From Aplysia californica (Eukaryota): a stretch of 64,000 nt of DNA. The DNA lies in contig NW_004797271.1 in the NCBI RefSeq assembly GCF_000002075.1, positions 879,204 through 943,203 of the forward strand, in the 5' to 3' direction. The translations under genes were made by a program, and so were the position numbers. A model generated the notes under the pieces. That model was not told where the DNA came from and searched no databases. It worked only from the letters and a program-made list of their open reading frames with translations. Shown piece after piece: positions 26,682 to 40,219 of this stretch (positions are counted from its first letter, which is position 1; the number at the start of each line of letters is the position of its first letter).

Positions 26682-29600
26682 CTAAAAGATTCTTGAACAG
26701 ACAATAATAACATACAAATTGACACAATAGTCCACACATTCCATCTGTGTGTATCTCATGGCCGTTTCTCGCGGCCACACTCCCTGTGTGTATCTCATGG
26801 CCGTTTCTCGCGGCCGCTCGCCGTGGGTGTTCCGCTGTTGCAGGTTACCGCCGTGCTCGATGTGTAGTTTCAGGACTGGTAGCCGACCCCAGGCCGCAGC
26901 AAAATGTAGACATGAGTAGCCTGTAGATAGATAGATTGGATAAAATGTAGACATGAGTAGCCTGTAGATAGATAGATTGGATAAAATGTAAACATGAGTA
27001 GTCTGTAGGTAAATAGATGGGACAAAATGTAGATATAAGTCATCTGTAGAAGGACGGATTGATGGATGGATGGATGGATGGATGGATGGGAAAAAATGTA
27101 AGTAGTCTGTAGATAGATAGATAGGCCTGATGACAGGCAGAATAATCACAAAAATGACATAAATTTGAGCATGCCCTTAACGCATTTAACGAACACATTT
27201 TCACAATGTCACCTACATGACAACGTTCACATTAAAGCCATTCTTCAGTAGGCCTTTTTGTTATTAGCATTAGAATGAAAAATAAAAGTCAGCTTTGTGA
27301 ACACATAATTTTGATTCCTGACCTTTTTGGGTAAATTCGTTGATGTCAGCACCTCTGTGAAGCAGCTCTCTCGTGAGTTCTATCCTGCCCAAACACGCAG
27401 CGACATCTAGTGGGGATTTCCCGTCATCGTCTCTCTCGTTAAGCAGCTCTGCAATCTCTTCTTTATATGGATCTGTGTCATCCTCAAAACACCTGCAAGA
27501 CAAAATACACAACATTTTTTACATTAGCCTGAGAAAACATGAATACAATATTTCTGATAGATGATCCAGAAAAAGAAAAAAGAAAAAAGAAAAAGAAAAA
27601 TAGTAATGAAATTCATTCAGTACAGATTTGGGAGAAAACCCAGTTGTAGCCTTAAGGCATTAGTGAAATCCTATACACTTGGAACTAGTGAAAATTTAGC
27701 AGAGTAAGTTACTGCTTAGATGTTTGTTTGTTTGTAAGTGTTTATGCATTTGGTCTGGAAAAGAGAACATATCTTACGCAAATTAGAAAAAATAAGGATT
27801 ATGATGACAGGTGGCTTCTGTTATGACCAGTGAGACCAAATCTGGCAGAGAAAAGTTTGCCACATTTTGATCAAGTAAAAGCTTCATTTCCACTTGTGGA
27901 AGTGCGCAGCTTGTGGATTTCTCTCTTGGCTTCAGCATTTCATATTCGTATATATGATTTGTTGCTCTCCAGATGGGTCTACGAGGAGCTAGGCTCTCTT
28001 CTCAAGTCAAGGGATTAATGTAGAGGGTCCTTCAGGGTCCCTTCAGAGTGTCTTTGTCATGCTTTTTTGGTGAGCTGACGACCGCTCAGAATAAAAAAAA
28101 CTGCATTTGGGACTTTGGAATCAGGCATTCTTACGACATGGCTAACCCAGCATAATTGAGTCCTTTTGAGCTAAGGAAACAGACTCAGTATCTTCCCTGT
28201 AAACAGATATATGGCTAATCAACTGATTGGTTAGAGCGTATAACCAATCAGGAGTCTACCCATATAATTAAGAGCAGAATGTCAATGGGCACAAAAGGAG
28301 AAATGTAAAAAAAAAACCCCCACTAATCATTTGCTTGTAGAGTAGTCTCCACCTTAAATCTCACCACTTACAATCCTGGTTTGCTTAAGATCCTGCTATT
28401 TTAAGAGAACATAATTTCTATTAGACAAAAGTCACCCCTAAGATCCTGGTTTGGAGGATTATATTCAGCAAAGATCCTACATTTCAGATGATAAAATCTG
28501 GAGCAAAAACCCGAGTGGATGCAGTTGATCAACCAAGCTGTGAAAATGTGCAATAACTGATGTAACTGGTCACTCTTTTGTTTACCAATCATTGCATCAC
28601 AGATCATGTATTATCGTGAATCTGATCACAGCTCCGTCGTAAATCTCGATGAAATGGTAAAACGGTGGTGTGAACTCATTGCCACTTTATTTTCCCCAAA
28701 CATTGCACTCATATCAAAGGACTCCACCTGTTACAAACTGAGTGGGTAGGGCCTACAAGTCCACATCAAACAGGATCGCATCAAGCTGTGAACTCTTTGG
28801 TGCTTTGGCTTCTTCTCTGACCATTCCAACAATTATCTATGCACCCGAATTTGATAGACAGACTTAATCATTAAAAATTAGTGAGGTCACAAAGACAGAA
28901 AAAAAAGGGAAGGGGGGAGGGGGGCTTGTTAAGAGATGAAAAGCTATAAAATATAGAGAAGGAGCAACAGGGTGCATATAGATCTTGGGATTCATGATTG
29001 GATAAGTGAAAATTGTATGCCTTGTGCCATTGAGATTGGTCATCAAGGCAGATTACTTTTTGCTTGCCCTAGAACATAAATCCACCCAGGGGCCTGTCAG
29101 TACATTTCAGAGTAAGGGGAGGTCATTTCACCAAATTGTGGGCCTGAACTGTGAGATAGAGTCACCCTGGATAATCCCTTAATTCGTGAATAGGCTTAGT
29201 CGATCCCATTCACCTATAATCCTGCATTTTCCTTACCCCAAAAGCACTGGGATTTTAGGCAGAAACTGCTATATTTTGGACACTAATTATGGAAGAAATT
29301 CCAAATGATTCACCCTTCTCAGTGACTTAACAGTTGAGAGCCATATGTTTTATGGCAGAGAATAAATTATTTAAAGTTGCTTAACTCACCTAAATTGTCA
29401 CTATCTTATTTTTTTAGAATCCCCCACCCCAATATTAAGCAGATTCTATTTTTCTTTAAAATTGCACATCAGCTTCTTTCTACTCTAAACATAAATTTCT
29501 GCACATGAATTCTGTCTACACATTTTCTAATTATTACAAAAGGGAGCAATAAAGACTGTTGTACAATACCCTTCATGACCATAAAACTACGTAGACTTTT

Positions 29601-30883
29601 TGACACGAAAAAACCCACAAAAAATGCCTGGGGCCGGAGGGATAATGGGGTTCAGCTCCTCATCCCCCCAAAAAACTGAACATATATGGTAATTACAGTT
29701 TTGAACGTAGTACAGTTGAACCTGCCATGACGGCCACTGTATGATACGGTCACCTGTACAAACGGCCACTTTTTATTCCCCCCCCTCCCCCTGCGTTTTT
29801 TCTATATAATTTAACAATGTAAATGGTCACCTGTCCACTGCGGTCGCGGCCACCTTATTTTATCAACCCACGGTCAAATTTAACTGTCTGAGACGGCCAA
29901 GCGTGGTCACTCATTGCCGGACGCTTTGTCATAAATTTTTAATCAGCCCCTCATGTTGTGGACAGGTCATCATAATTCATTCACCTGTCGACAGTGTTAG
30001 TCGCTCCAATGAATGTTTACCCAAGTTGACCAATGGGTCAATAGGCCTAACAATACATTTTCAACTGCTGGTGAGGGAAGCGTGTGATCCGTCATAACTA
30101 ATAAGCCCCACCCACAACTCATGAACAAATCGTATATGAGGTAACTGCAATTGTTTTGTTTACCCAGTCTGTAACAAAGAATGGACGTTGACGTGAACTT
30201 GCAAACAGAAGCGTCACTCTTTCTCCGAGTGATGGCGACTGGTGTGTTTGTCTTACCATATGGCACTCACTCTTCATTGTGTTGCAGCTCTTACATAATA
30301 TTTCATTTATTTTACGCTAGCACAAAATCAGCAACAAAAAGAAAGCTATAGACGGTCTGTATAGCTACCCAAAAAACCCCGAACAACACAAAAAACCCTT
30401 CTTACTACACTACCCACCCCCTTTTTCGACCCCCCCCCAGGCCAATTTGAATTAGCTTTACGACAGTCTAAGCCTAATGGGTGGCCATTTTACACTGGTT
30501 TGTCCGTAGGCCTATAAATGATGATGCATGGGCATGAAATAATGAAATGTGCATAGATCTAGATCTATGTGTCATGTGTACGTACCCTTTAAAAAAAATT
30601 TGGAACTGCCTTCCTTATGATTTATACAGTATCAGTATTTAGAGATACCTGCGTTAAATGGTGGACAATTTTTAATTCCTCCCATAGTTCTACATGAGGT
30701 TTGGTTAAAAAAAAGGACAAACTGTAACTACTTGACAAGTCTCTGTGGATCGTTCTTGTAGATGCAGTGTGTAACAATCGTTGTGTCGGGCAGAAGCTGT
30801 TCAGTCTCTTCTTCTTCCTCTCCTTCATTTCGAGATCCAGGTTCTGCCTCCGCTTCGGGAGCATTTTCAGTTTCAAGAGCCAT
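24888..30883 (-). CDS. ANKRD45: ANKRD45-like ankyrin repeat protein; exons 30883-30732, 27492-27323, 26920-~26727 (3' end unresolved), 26061-25964, 25026-24888; possible terminal exon ~22140-22106
   Basis: Spliced translation ...GKSPLDVAACLGRIELTRELLHRGADINEFTQKG|YSCLHFAAAWGRLPVLKLHIEHGGNLQQRNTHGERPRETAMRYTQ..MECVDY|EAKAMLQECI...ITDADK...KEER|NIALNTCKEKQEWL parallels recalled human ANKRD45 (GYTLLHCAAAWGRLETLKAL...ARYSQTECVEFL; ACRAKNEWL). Phases are consistent except at the exon-3 donor. Confidence 0.8.
25455..25582. repeat. 40-bp tandem repeat x3
   Basis: GGAACAATCTTCCGTATAAAATACGAAGTGCMCCCAGTAT repeated. Confidence 0.9.
28340..29271. mobile_element. Degenerate Tc1/mariner-type MITE related to 12623-13672
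   Basis: Ends GAGTAGTCTCCACCTTAAATC ... GATTTTAGGCAGAAACTGCTA resemble the CAGTAGTCTCCGCCTAAA TIR. Confidence 0.5.
29713..30506. mobile_element. Tc1/mariner-type MITE (uninterrupted relative of 46794-53743)
   Basis: TA|CAGTTGAACCTGCCATGACGGCCAC ... GTGGCCATTTTACACTGGTTTGTCCG|TA; internal sequence is collinear with 46794-46893 + 47881-48320 + 53531-53743. Confidence 0.85.
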
Positions 30884-30949
30884 TGCACGAATAAAACTAT
30901 AATTTAACTTGAGTGGGGGGATCAAATGAAAAACACAGTCTAGATTGTC

Positions 30950-31353
30950 ATCTAAGCTGCCATTATCTAGTTGCCCCCTAAACAGATTCGTGCCAAAGAT
31001 GGTTTGTCAAACTCCTTTCTATTGGACAGATTATTGGAAGTAAAATACGCCAAACTTCAGAGAGTGTGATACGTAACAATTAAATTTTTTTTTTCATTAA
31101 AGCAGTCAAACATATTTTTATTTTAAAAAAGCTTCACATACTATTCTAAAAATTTTAGGTTGCTTTTAACAACTAAGGAAAATTGTTTATTAAGCAATAT
31201 TCTTATGTTTTGTTCTGTATGTATATGAGTTTGGCCTCAGGGAAAAGTTTTTTGTTGAGCAAACCGGAAACGAGTATTATGCTAGCTTGTTTACCATTTT
31301 AGGATTAGTTGAGAGTTGAGACTTCTGATTGTTTCACCGAGTCAGTTCTTAGG
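30950..31353. promoter_or_regulatory. Putative bidirectional promoter for ANKRD45(-)/KLHL20(+) and candidate non-coding first exon of KLHL20 ending at donor 31353|GTAAGC
   Basis: ATTGG (CCAAT) boxes at 31021 and 31033, ETS-like CCGGAA at ~31264, strong + strand donor; lies ~70-470 bp upstream of the ANKRD45 ATG. Inferred; no transcript data. Confidence 0.4.
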
Positions 31354-31494
31354 GTAAGCTCATCTTACTTGGACCATGAAAATTTAACATTTTTTTACAT
31401 AGCCATGTGTTGATGAAAAGCTTTTAATCTTGTTCAATAGGAATATCTAAGAAATGAGACCTGGAGCGAATAATCAACTTAGATTCGAGTAGTT

Positions 31495-31790
31495 AGACTC
31501 TCTAGAGTCTAGAATCTAGATCTAGATATAGATCTACTTGTGTCTCTGAGTCGGAACTGAGTCTGAGTGACTCAATCAAACTCAACTTCATCGACCCAAT
31601 GAATTGACTCAACTATCTGACCTTTTTAAATCAATGGTTGTCACACTCACACAGTACTCAAAGTCAGTATGCAGACTTCTTGCAGTATGGAATCTGGATC
31701 TAGATCTAGAATCTAGATCTAGAATCTAGATTTCTCTAGATCTAGATCTAGATCTAGATCTAGATTATAGATCTAGATCTAGAATCTAGT
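31495..31790. repeat. (TCTAGA)n palindromic hexamer arrays
   Basis: Runs such as TCTAGATCTAGATCTAGATCTAGATCTAGA at ~31735-31765. Confidence 0.9.
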
Positions 31791-32850
31791 ATAAGATAGC
31801 AGAATGATTATTCACCCAGTCAGCCCAGTGTGACTTTTTAGTGTGAGGATAAAATTGATACTATTCTCAACGTGAGAATAACGACAGCCTACTATTCTCA
31901 CCCGTTTTTTTTTAATTTCCGCCCACTTTATTTCGTTTCGGGCATCATCTAAGGACCCCTGTCACTGAGCGCTGCAGCAACAAAACTCACCTCCTTCTAT
32001 CACTCCGCTGAGCGTGCGAGGCGACTACAATCGCCAACGGGCGGTCCAGCTCTCGAGCGCGGGAGGTGACTAAGATCTATTGTCGATTTGGGGGAAATAC
32101 TTAGAATCTATCTTTTGAGCAAATAGCGTCACCTTTTGTTGCTATTTATTGGTTCTGCAAAGGAAAATTTTACTCTTGAACTAATCAAAATTAAGAAAAA
32201 AATAAGCCTTGGGTCAAGGCACTGTGTGCCTACTTAAAAATACTTGTGGGTTCTGTAAGGGATAACGTGTTTTTTGTGTTGTAAACAAATGCCAATTCTA
32301 ACATTACAATGACAAACTATTACTAACTATTACTAGATCTAGACCTAACATCATTTCATTTAAGTTTTCATTTAATTTCGATTATTTTAAACACACTTGT
32401 CTACGGTTTTGGTGAAGATCGGATCTATGCGTGCATACTCTCAAAAAAAAATAAAAAATGAAACAATAAAAATCCTCACGGGAGCCTCTGGGGGCAGTTC
32501 ACGAAAGGTCACTCTTACAGTTCACAATTGTTTTCTATCATCCTATTAGATCTAGCTAGGCCTACAGTCCTACACGTTCTCAACACCCTGGTAGGCCTAA
32601 GAATAAAAATCCATTGCATTCTCAGATCAGGTGAGAATATTTCATTTTATTCTCACCCGAATAACAATATATAGAGTCTACTATTATTAATTCTCACCCC
32701 GGGTGAGAATAATATTATATTTTTATTTTCACCCTGGGTGAGAATAACGACAGCCATTAGAGATTTGATTTGTAGAATTTATTTGTTTATTTATTCTCTA
32801 ACTTTCAACCTAACTAAAGTGGATCTAGATCTAGATCTAAGTCTACCTTA

Positions 32851-35363
32851 AGCTCCAGCGAGCACCTGGATCTAGATCTAGCACACCTCTGTGATTGGCC
32901 CAAATATAGATGATGTATTTCCACCATTTATTTTTGTAGTCTTCTGGGGCTTCCCTTGCCAGTTGATTAAATCTCACCATGGCGGGCCCGCTTTGTTGCA
33001 CTTAACCCTCTAGTGCCCACAGTGCCATATCTGGCACATGTCAAATGACCAGCTTCAGGGGAAAGAGTAATTAATTTTTGTTATGTTCGGTAATTTCATG
33101 AGGTAGGTAACTGGAGAATCATCCTCTGAGTGCCTTTGGGTGATTTTTTTCTGCAATAATTTCCCCTTTCAACTTCCTGTTTTTTACCACCACTTGTGCT
33201 TGAAACAGACAACCGCACCCACTCTTCTTCAGTCTATCACCATCAACCGCCAGGTACATAATTTTGTCAATTTTTCCTAATATATGTTTTGAAACAAAGT
33301 AGATTTAGATATTATCACCTTCAAATTCCATGTTCAATATTTACATTTTGATTTATGGGGATGTTTTTAGGTATGGTCTAAATATGGCACACTGGGCAGC
33401 CCTGGACGTTTTTTTGTGCCAGATGTGGAACATTGGGCATTTGAGTCCTGATTTTTATCACATAGTCCTGTTTCAATGTAAAATGTCAAAAAGTTCAAGT
33501 TGACTGGAAAAATAAAAAAGCAGATTGACTTCATTTCAGTGTAAGTACATGCAGTAAACAGCCTTTCTAAAGACTGTATGTAAGGGTTCATAAAGTTATT
33601 TTTCTCTATTCAAGTGTATTTGTACAAACTGTGAAACACACACTACCAGTACTTATTTTTTTTCTTGAAACGATTGCATCTTGTCAGCAATGAGACTCAT
33701 GATGACAGCACAAGCAATGATCGTGTATGGAAACTCCGTCCGTGGATCAATGATCTAAAATCCAATTTCACAAAGATTATTCCGTCTTAGCATCAGTTTG
33801 TTCATGAAATTATGGTATCTTTCAAAGGTCGGTGTAGTCTGAAACAATGCATTCGGAAAATACCCCACAAATGAGGTTTCAAGTTGTGGGCTTGTTGCGT
33901 AAGTGAAGGCACTCTGCAAGACTTTGATGTGTATCAAGGTTCAAATGGAGCTCATACTCGTAGATCTGAACTAGGCATGGGAGGGGATGTTGTCATGGAC
34001 ATGGTGAAGAACTTGGAGGAGGGAAAGAATTACAAAATGTTTGCCGACAACCACTTTTCGAGCGTTAACATGGTGAAACAGTTGAAGGAGAAAGGACTGC
34101 AATAAGTGGGAACCGTCCATGAAAACCTCTTGAAAGGTTGACGGCAGAGTCTAGTGGATGCAGACTCCAATATCGTCGTCGTTCGATGGTACGACAACAA
34201 GAAAGTGGATGTCATTTCGTCATATATGTTGGACCAGAATCTGTTGAGAATGTTACCGGGTGGGACAAAAGACTGAAGGAAAAAACTGCAGTGAATGGCC
34301 CTGCTGTAATTCGCACATACAACAAACACAGGGGAGGGGTAGGTTTACTTGATTGTCTCACCGCTCTCTGCAAAGCAAAAGTCAAGACACGAAATTGGTA
34401 CATTTATTTGTTCTACGACACAATCAACATGGTGGTAGTCACCAGTTGGCTGAGATATCGTCGTCACTGCAGGATGCTTCAGCAGTCCCCAGTCAAGCTA
34501 TGTGACTTCCTTCAGTCGATTGCTGACAGTCAGGTTACCGTCGAAAGGTTGCCGGGACGACCTGTAGCTGGGAGTCCTCAGTTTCTCTCACACTCTAGCA
34601 CTCAAGAGAAGATTAGTCCCCAACTGTTGACTCACAGCTCGATCGCATGGATTGTCTTCTTCTCCATGCCGACCGGCAACGATGCAAACGCCCCAGATGT
34701 GACTCAAAGACCTACGTCATGTGTAAGGAAGTGTATGGTTCATCTCTGTCTGAACAAGGAGCGAAACTGTTTTGAAGAATTCCACCCAAGAAAGCATGAT
34801 AAATTTGTTCAACGCTACCCAGTGTGACATATCTGGCACATAATACCCAAATGCCCAATGTGCCATATATGGCACGGTCTGTAACTTTTTAAATACAAGT
34901 TTTAGATGAAAGAAACTTTCAAATTTGGTTATTGTACTTCCTTTTGAACATGTTCTGTGAAAATGAAATTTTTCTGTCAATGATTTCTATACCTGGGCAC
35001 TAGAGGGTTAAGCGCGTGATGGGCATCGCCAACTGCTTGGTCTGTATGTGCGAGCACGCTTACAGTGTGTGTGTGTGTGTGTGTGCGCACGCGCTTGTGT
35101 GTGGTGTGTGTGTGTATGTACAACTACAACTTTGTGGAGAAGGTAAATTTATGGAACGAGAATTGCTGAGATTGCATATATATAAAAGATAATAATAAAT
35201 AATACCAAAAAAAAAAAACAGTGCGAGATCTTGTCAACAGTTACTGGCGAAGGAAACCCAAGAGTCTTTGGGGAAACAGCGGAAGATGACAAAAATAGAT
35301 GGCAGAATTACGTAATCTATATTTGGGCCAATCACAGAGGTGTGCTAGGTGCTCGCTGCAGCT
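32851..35363. mobile_element. PIF/Harbinger-like MITE, host of a piggyBac insertion
   Basis: ~48-bp TIRs AGCTSCAGCGAGCACCT(..)AGCACACCTCTGTGATTGGCCCAAATATAGA; flanks TTA/TCA (3-bp TWA-like TSD with one mismatch). Confidence 0.7.
33006..35007 (+). mobile_element. piggyBac transposon with decayed, truncated transposase (~33680-34790)
   Basis: TTAA|CCCTCTAGTGCCCA ... TGGGCACTAGAGGG|TTAA. Remnants include FKGRCSLKQCI..PHK*GFKLW, KMFADNHFSS, VRWYDNKKV, YNKHRGGVGLLD and C-terminal CxKCxVHLCLNKERNCF, with stops and frameshifts. Confidence 0.93.
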
Positions 35364-35527
35364 TCATGGTGGGGGGGGGGGGGGGAGGAAGGGGACAGTA
35401 GTACAGGCACAGGGGAGATTCCTGTAGTACAGTTCTTTTGTGTCGCTGAAAACTTTCATCAGACTTCTGAAACATTCAATTTATGTTGTCCATAATCTGC
35501 CGTTGCTTTGATGTAATTAGTATCATA

Positions 35528-37509
35528 CAGGGTGCCCAGCAAGGCCGTTAAGTCGTAAATTTGGCGCCCTGGTCGTAAAGGTCGTAAATGGTAGTAAATG
35601 TACTGTGAAGGTAATAAACATTTGGTTAACGGTCGTAAATTAGCTTGCGTACTGAGTGATGAAGCCAGCAAGACTTTTCAGTGTACAGAGTCATAGCCGT
35701 GGTCATCAGCGATTACCAAGTCCCATCTTTTGTCAAAGTACATGTAGTACAAAGATCGTTGAGTAGTATCAGTATCGCGGAACTCGAATATTTGAAAACC
35801 AAATCCGATAAGGTCATTAGGTTCATTTTTGCCGGTCGCGATTGTAATATTCATTCAGCTTCTCCCCCCCCTCCGTCCGAGAGTACGTTTCATGCGAACA
35901 GGTGGCAGGTGGAAGTGTATGTGACACCAATGCTCGATCGGGAAAATCAAGATCTACTTTTGCTTTCGTTACCACCCAGAAATTTGCCAGCGATAAACTG
36001 ATAATGCAACATTATTTTGTGACATGCAGGTTGTGCAGTATAAACGCTGTGTCGCCGCGCAAATAAAATTTCCGGCTGACTTGCCATTTGGGCCCAAGCT
36101 TTTAACAAAAGTCTACCATAAACAATACATATTATATCATAGCTGCCACTTTCCCGCTAAATAGTGGAAACTCTGCTTCATTTAGCTTTTCCCGCTACTT
36201 TCCTCCTTCCTCCACTGGACCGCTCTCGGCCGCAAATCGCGATACTTTTTTTTACACTCGGAAATCGCCGAACCGGGAGTGAGACGAAAACGCAGCTTGC
36301 GCATGTCCGCCTGTAGCTTTCTACTTCCGTTCTGTGCCTAGTTTCACATTGTTTATTGTTGTGGACTGTCGATCGAGCATCGGGACGATGGCGCGCCGAG
36401 TTATCATTAAAAACGGCGGAGATTCGAGAGAAATTGATGCAGAATGCAAAAATAAATGGAGCTGGATTAAGAAAGAGGCAGACAATGTGCTTTCAAAATT
36501 TCATTTGAGAATTGAACAAGCTGAGTGCTGCACTTTGCATTTGATGTGATAAGTAAGAAGGCAATTGTTTACTTTCTCGCTTTTAATTCCGGCCGTGCCT
36601 AAATTTTCTAGATCTAGTCTAAATCTAAATTTAGAATCTAGACGAAACTGTATGCATCCCCGACTGGATATTCAACTCTTTGCGCTGGAGTTAAGAATAC
36701 GTAAACCACGGCTATTTCATCATTTGTAGGTAGATATATCTAGATCTAGTAACATACACACTGGCTTTCACTTTCGGCCTTCCGTACTGATTTTGATGGC
36801 CATTGAGTAAAACATTCATAGAGTTCAGAGTGGTCGCTCGCTACGAACTCCTCATCCGGAATTAAACGCGAGAAAGTAAACAATTAACAAGAAAGACAAT
36901 TTTGTACTACAGTGGCAAAGGTGTTGCATCCTTAATCCACAACATTGTTGCTCAATTCTAAAGTGAAAGAAATCTTTTTATGAGACACTAGATTGCAAAT
37001 ACTGGATTTTTAGTCTCCAAACTGGGTCAAATGCTTGTTAATCAACTTAGTGTCTTTGATTGTTTTGGTTTTTTTTTTTGCAAATGCATTTTAATTCAGT
37101 TGCCTGTAGTTAACAAATATGACAGTTTTCCCCACCAAAAACATAGATGTTCCAATATATTGGATCTGGATTTCACTGGTTTTACTCCGGCTTTCGGAGA
37201 GCACGCGTATGCCTTCGCATGGATTTCCTCCTTTTTTGAAACTCCTGAGTGGCAGCTATGTATATATACTATATATATAGAGATTATTTGTTGTAATAGA
37301 GGGAAAGAAACAAATAAAATTTTGTCTCACTGTATTCTTATTTCAGTCAGTACGTGCGCGTCAAATATTTTCCGGCTTTTTTTTTTCAAAACCTGTTTAC
37401 ATCCCTGCACTGTGCTGTCACTTGTGAGCGGAAAAAAGAAAAGAAAATACAAACGTGGTCAGATTTTTAGATTGTCGGGCTCGCCACCATGACCGGTCAG
37501 TGAACCTGC
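35528..37509 (+). mobile_element. Decayed hAT-like non-autonomous element with transposase N-terminal remnant and nested TIR element (~36562-36885)
   Basis: CAGGGTGCCCA end with GTCGTAAA subterminal repeats. Remnant MARRVII..EIDAECKNKWSW...YSGKGVASLIH is interrupted by a TIR pair AATTGTTTACTTTCTCGC.TTTAATTCCGG. Segments are reverse-homologous to 57117-57490. Boundaries uncertain. Confidence 0.4.
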
Positions 37510-38421
37510 GCGGGTTCACACCACAAGACAGGCTGCGGCATTGTGTGAGCATTGACATTTGTTGAGATCGCCAAAGTTCATTCAAAAGTCTGAGCGTTGC
37601 AAAGTATTGGACTACGGAATGGGGCTGGGGATTATTATTTTTTTTTGGTAAAGATACACTCGGGGGGAGTCACTAGAACTCATAGTAGCCAAAAATATGA
37701 CAGTTTAGATCCCAATAGCAGTGCAACTACCCAAAGGAGTTAAAGTACAAATTTACCACAAGTTTCAAAACTCGGGTGGATACTTAGCACATGCACAAAG
37801 AGTTGAAAGAGCCCTTACTTAATTCACAGAAATTTTGTGCACACTCAGCACACATTTTAAAAATTGTTTCACTACTGAACATCCAGGTATATATATCTAG
37901 TGAGATGCAAAAGATGAGCTTCTGACAAGTAGTGCTGAAATGAAGTAGGCAGAAGGTTTGGCACACAATTTGCACGATCATGAATCATGTAAATTGTATA
38001 GCCTAGGTGCCCATAGCTGAAGTCAAATCTCAGACATAATAATGATATATGCAGGGAGTCCAGCAATATATCCTGAAAAAATTTACTACATGGGAAAAAA
38101 ATTTTCTGCCCAGCACATCAAGCCCCACACCATCTCGAAAAAGGGAGTTCATTTGCGCCATCACTAAACATATTACTATTACATACTATATGAAACGAAA
38201 ATAACACACAACAACAAAGTCCAGTCGACAAAATGGAGAATAGACGGACGATCGCTCACTCGCAGCTAGATTTACTTTTAGTTTTAGTAAGGTTTTTACG
38301 GCGCTCGCAACTGAATACGGTCATATAAACACCAAGGGGTAGATGTCAACAGAGAAGTCCAAACGGGGAATCAGGCTTACTCAGCTCACCTCTCTAGCCT
38401 CAACAGCACAAAGCCTGCTTC

Positions 38422-38895
38422 GGGGTCTCTCGTGGCCTAGAGGTTAAGGTGTCCGCCTATCGTTCAAAGGTCCCGGGTTCGAACCCGGGTAGCGACCGAA
38501 AAATGTTTGTCTCAAAAATAGTCTCCTTTCACCTCCTTTCCTGCTGTCTAGCAATGTTTTGTCATCTGCTTTTGTCTCCACTTTCTGCCCCCACCCTCCT
38601 TTGCCCACACCCCTGGGCTCCTGACTTTCTGCAGTCTTTCTACTGCTATTCCTTGGCTCCTTCTTGCTCCTGTCTTTCAGCCATACCCCTGATATCTGGT
38701 AGGAAAGATCTACTCCTAACCTTCTCAGAAAAGGACGGAAAATCTCGATGTCCGTTGTGCAAGTTGCGCGCTTTAAAGATCCCTTGGTGGTCTAAAATCG
38801 ATAAGAGTAGGCTTCGGCCGCCACCCGGGCAAAATTCAAAATTTCCTACTAGTCTTGAACAAAAAGCTACAATATAGTTATAACTTACTATCATT
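38422..38895 (+). mobile_element. tRNA-derived SINE (well-preserved Pol III head)
   Basis: A box TGGCCTAGAGG 38433-38443 and B box GGTTCGAACCC 38476-38486, followed by a ~400 bp non-tRNA body. Confidence 0.75.
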
Positions 38896-40219
38896 CATCC
38901 AATGATTAATGAAACGCCAACACTTTAGTTCAATAACACGGCTTACAAGGTATGAAGGATCCCGATCCCAAACGCGGCCTGCACCTATGCTCGCTTTGCA
39001 GAGAGCTCTAAATCTATCTAATCAAAACTATGAAATTTGCTTCCAAATTTTTGTCCTCTGGTGTTGCCTTCAGATAGTCAGGACCCTGGATATGTATCTG
39101 AACCTGGTCCGAGTCGTATTTAGCCGCAATTTAGGGCTAGATCTAGCACTAGTACTGGAGTTGTAACACAGTTGTTAGCTCAACAAAATCACAACCTCGG
39201 GCCCAACACTATTTTGTAATTCAGTGAATGGGTCTGCATCAACACACAGTACAGCCCCGCTTTTATAACATGGTGAATACAAAACAAAACGGAACACTTT
39301 GAACTTTAATTTTTGTTGTTGTTGTGAATTTCATTCATTTGTCATGTATCTCTGGCAATTTTTAGGAAATAAAATTCATGTCAATTTTTTAAAAAATCAT
39401 AAGAATAAAAGTATATTAGACTTTGACTACTTTTGTTTGTTTTATTCGATTAACCTTGAATGAAACTTTTGTGTCAAAAAATCATTGCAATAGGGTAATT
39501 CTGAGAGTTGTGGTGGTGTTTTGAAATACCCCTCTGTCATCGTGTTTTGAAATAACACCAAAAAATGCCTGTATTCAGTGTTAAGAGACTGGTGAAAGGG
39601 CCCAGTAGCCAGTGAGATATAGTTCGAACTAAAAATAATAAAATATTTCAAATCTAGTAATTTATAACGGTGTACATGTCTGACTGCTGGTAAGTCTAGA
39701 TACTATGCAACCTGTGTGCTGCTACTCTATCAGTGTTCTTATGTACAAAGTAATTTAATATAATTTTCTCATGGGACTTATATATATATGCAAATAATGG
39801 TGTGCTGGCGGTAAGAGGGGGGAGGGGGGGGGTGGGGGTGGGAGGAATGATATTTTAGTTTATAATAAGAGTCTAGGATAAAGTTGTGCGTGGGCGGCTT
39901 GTAAAAGTGTGATTTGATAAAATACATTATGCTGCTCACAGAAAATTGATGGTACGTACCTTTTGTTGTGATTATGATTGTTTATTTTTTTTCCTTTAGG
40001 GTTGCAGTACGGCCACTCTCTCCTGCTTCACCGAGGACTCTCATCACAAGTTTCCTTCATGAGAGACTGCAGCTGGAAGGAGGATGAGAGACAAAAATTG
40101 AAATGTTGTGACGACATGATGAAAATGTGATTTAGAGTAGTGTTGGCTTTTAAGTTCTTTTCATATGATAACGTGACAGCATGACATGAACAGACTGTCG
40201 TCAGTTTCTTTCGACCAAG

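Noticed and set aside
38422-38497. tRNA gene (also ~14622 and ~17995-18066 on the minus strand)
   Set aside because: A/B boxes are present but the stems are imperfect, there is no immediate poly-T terminator, and a SINE-like body follows.
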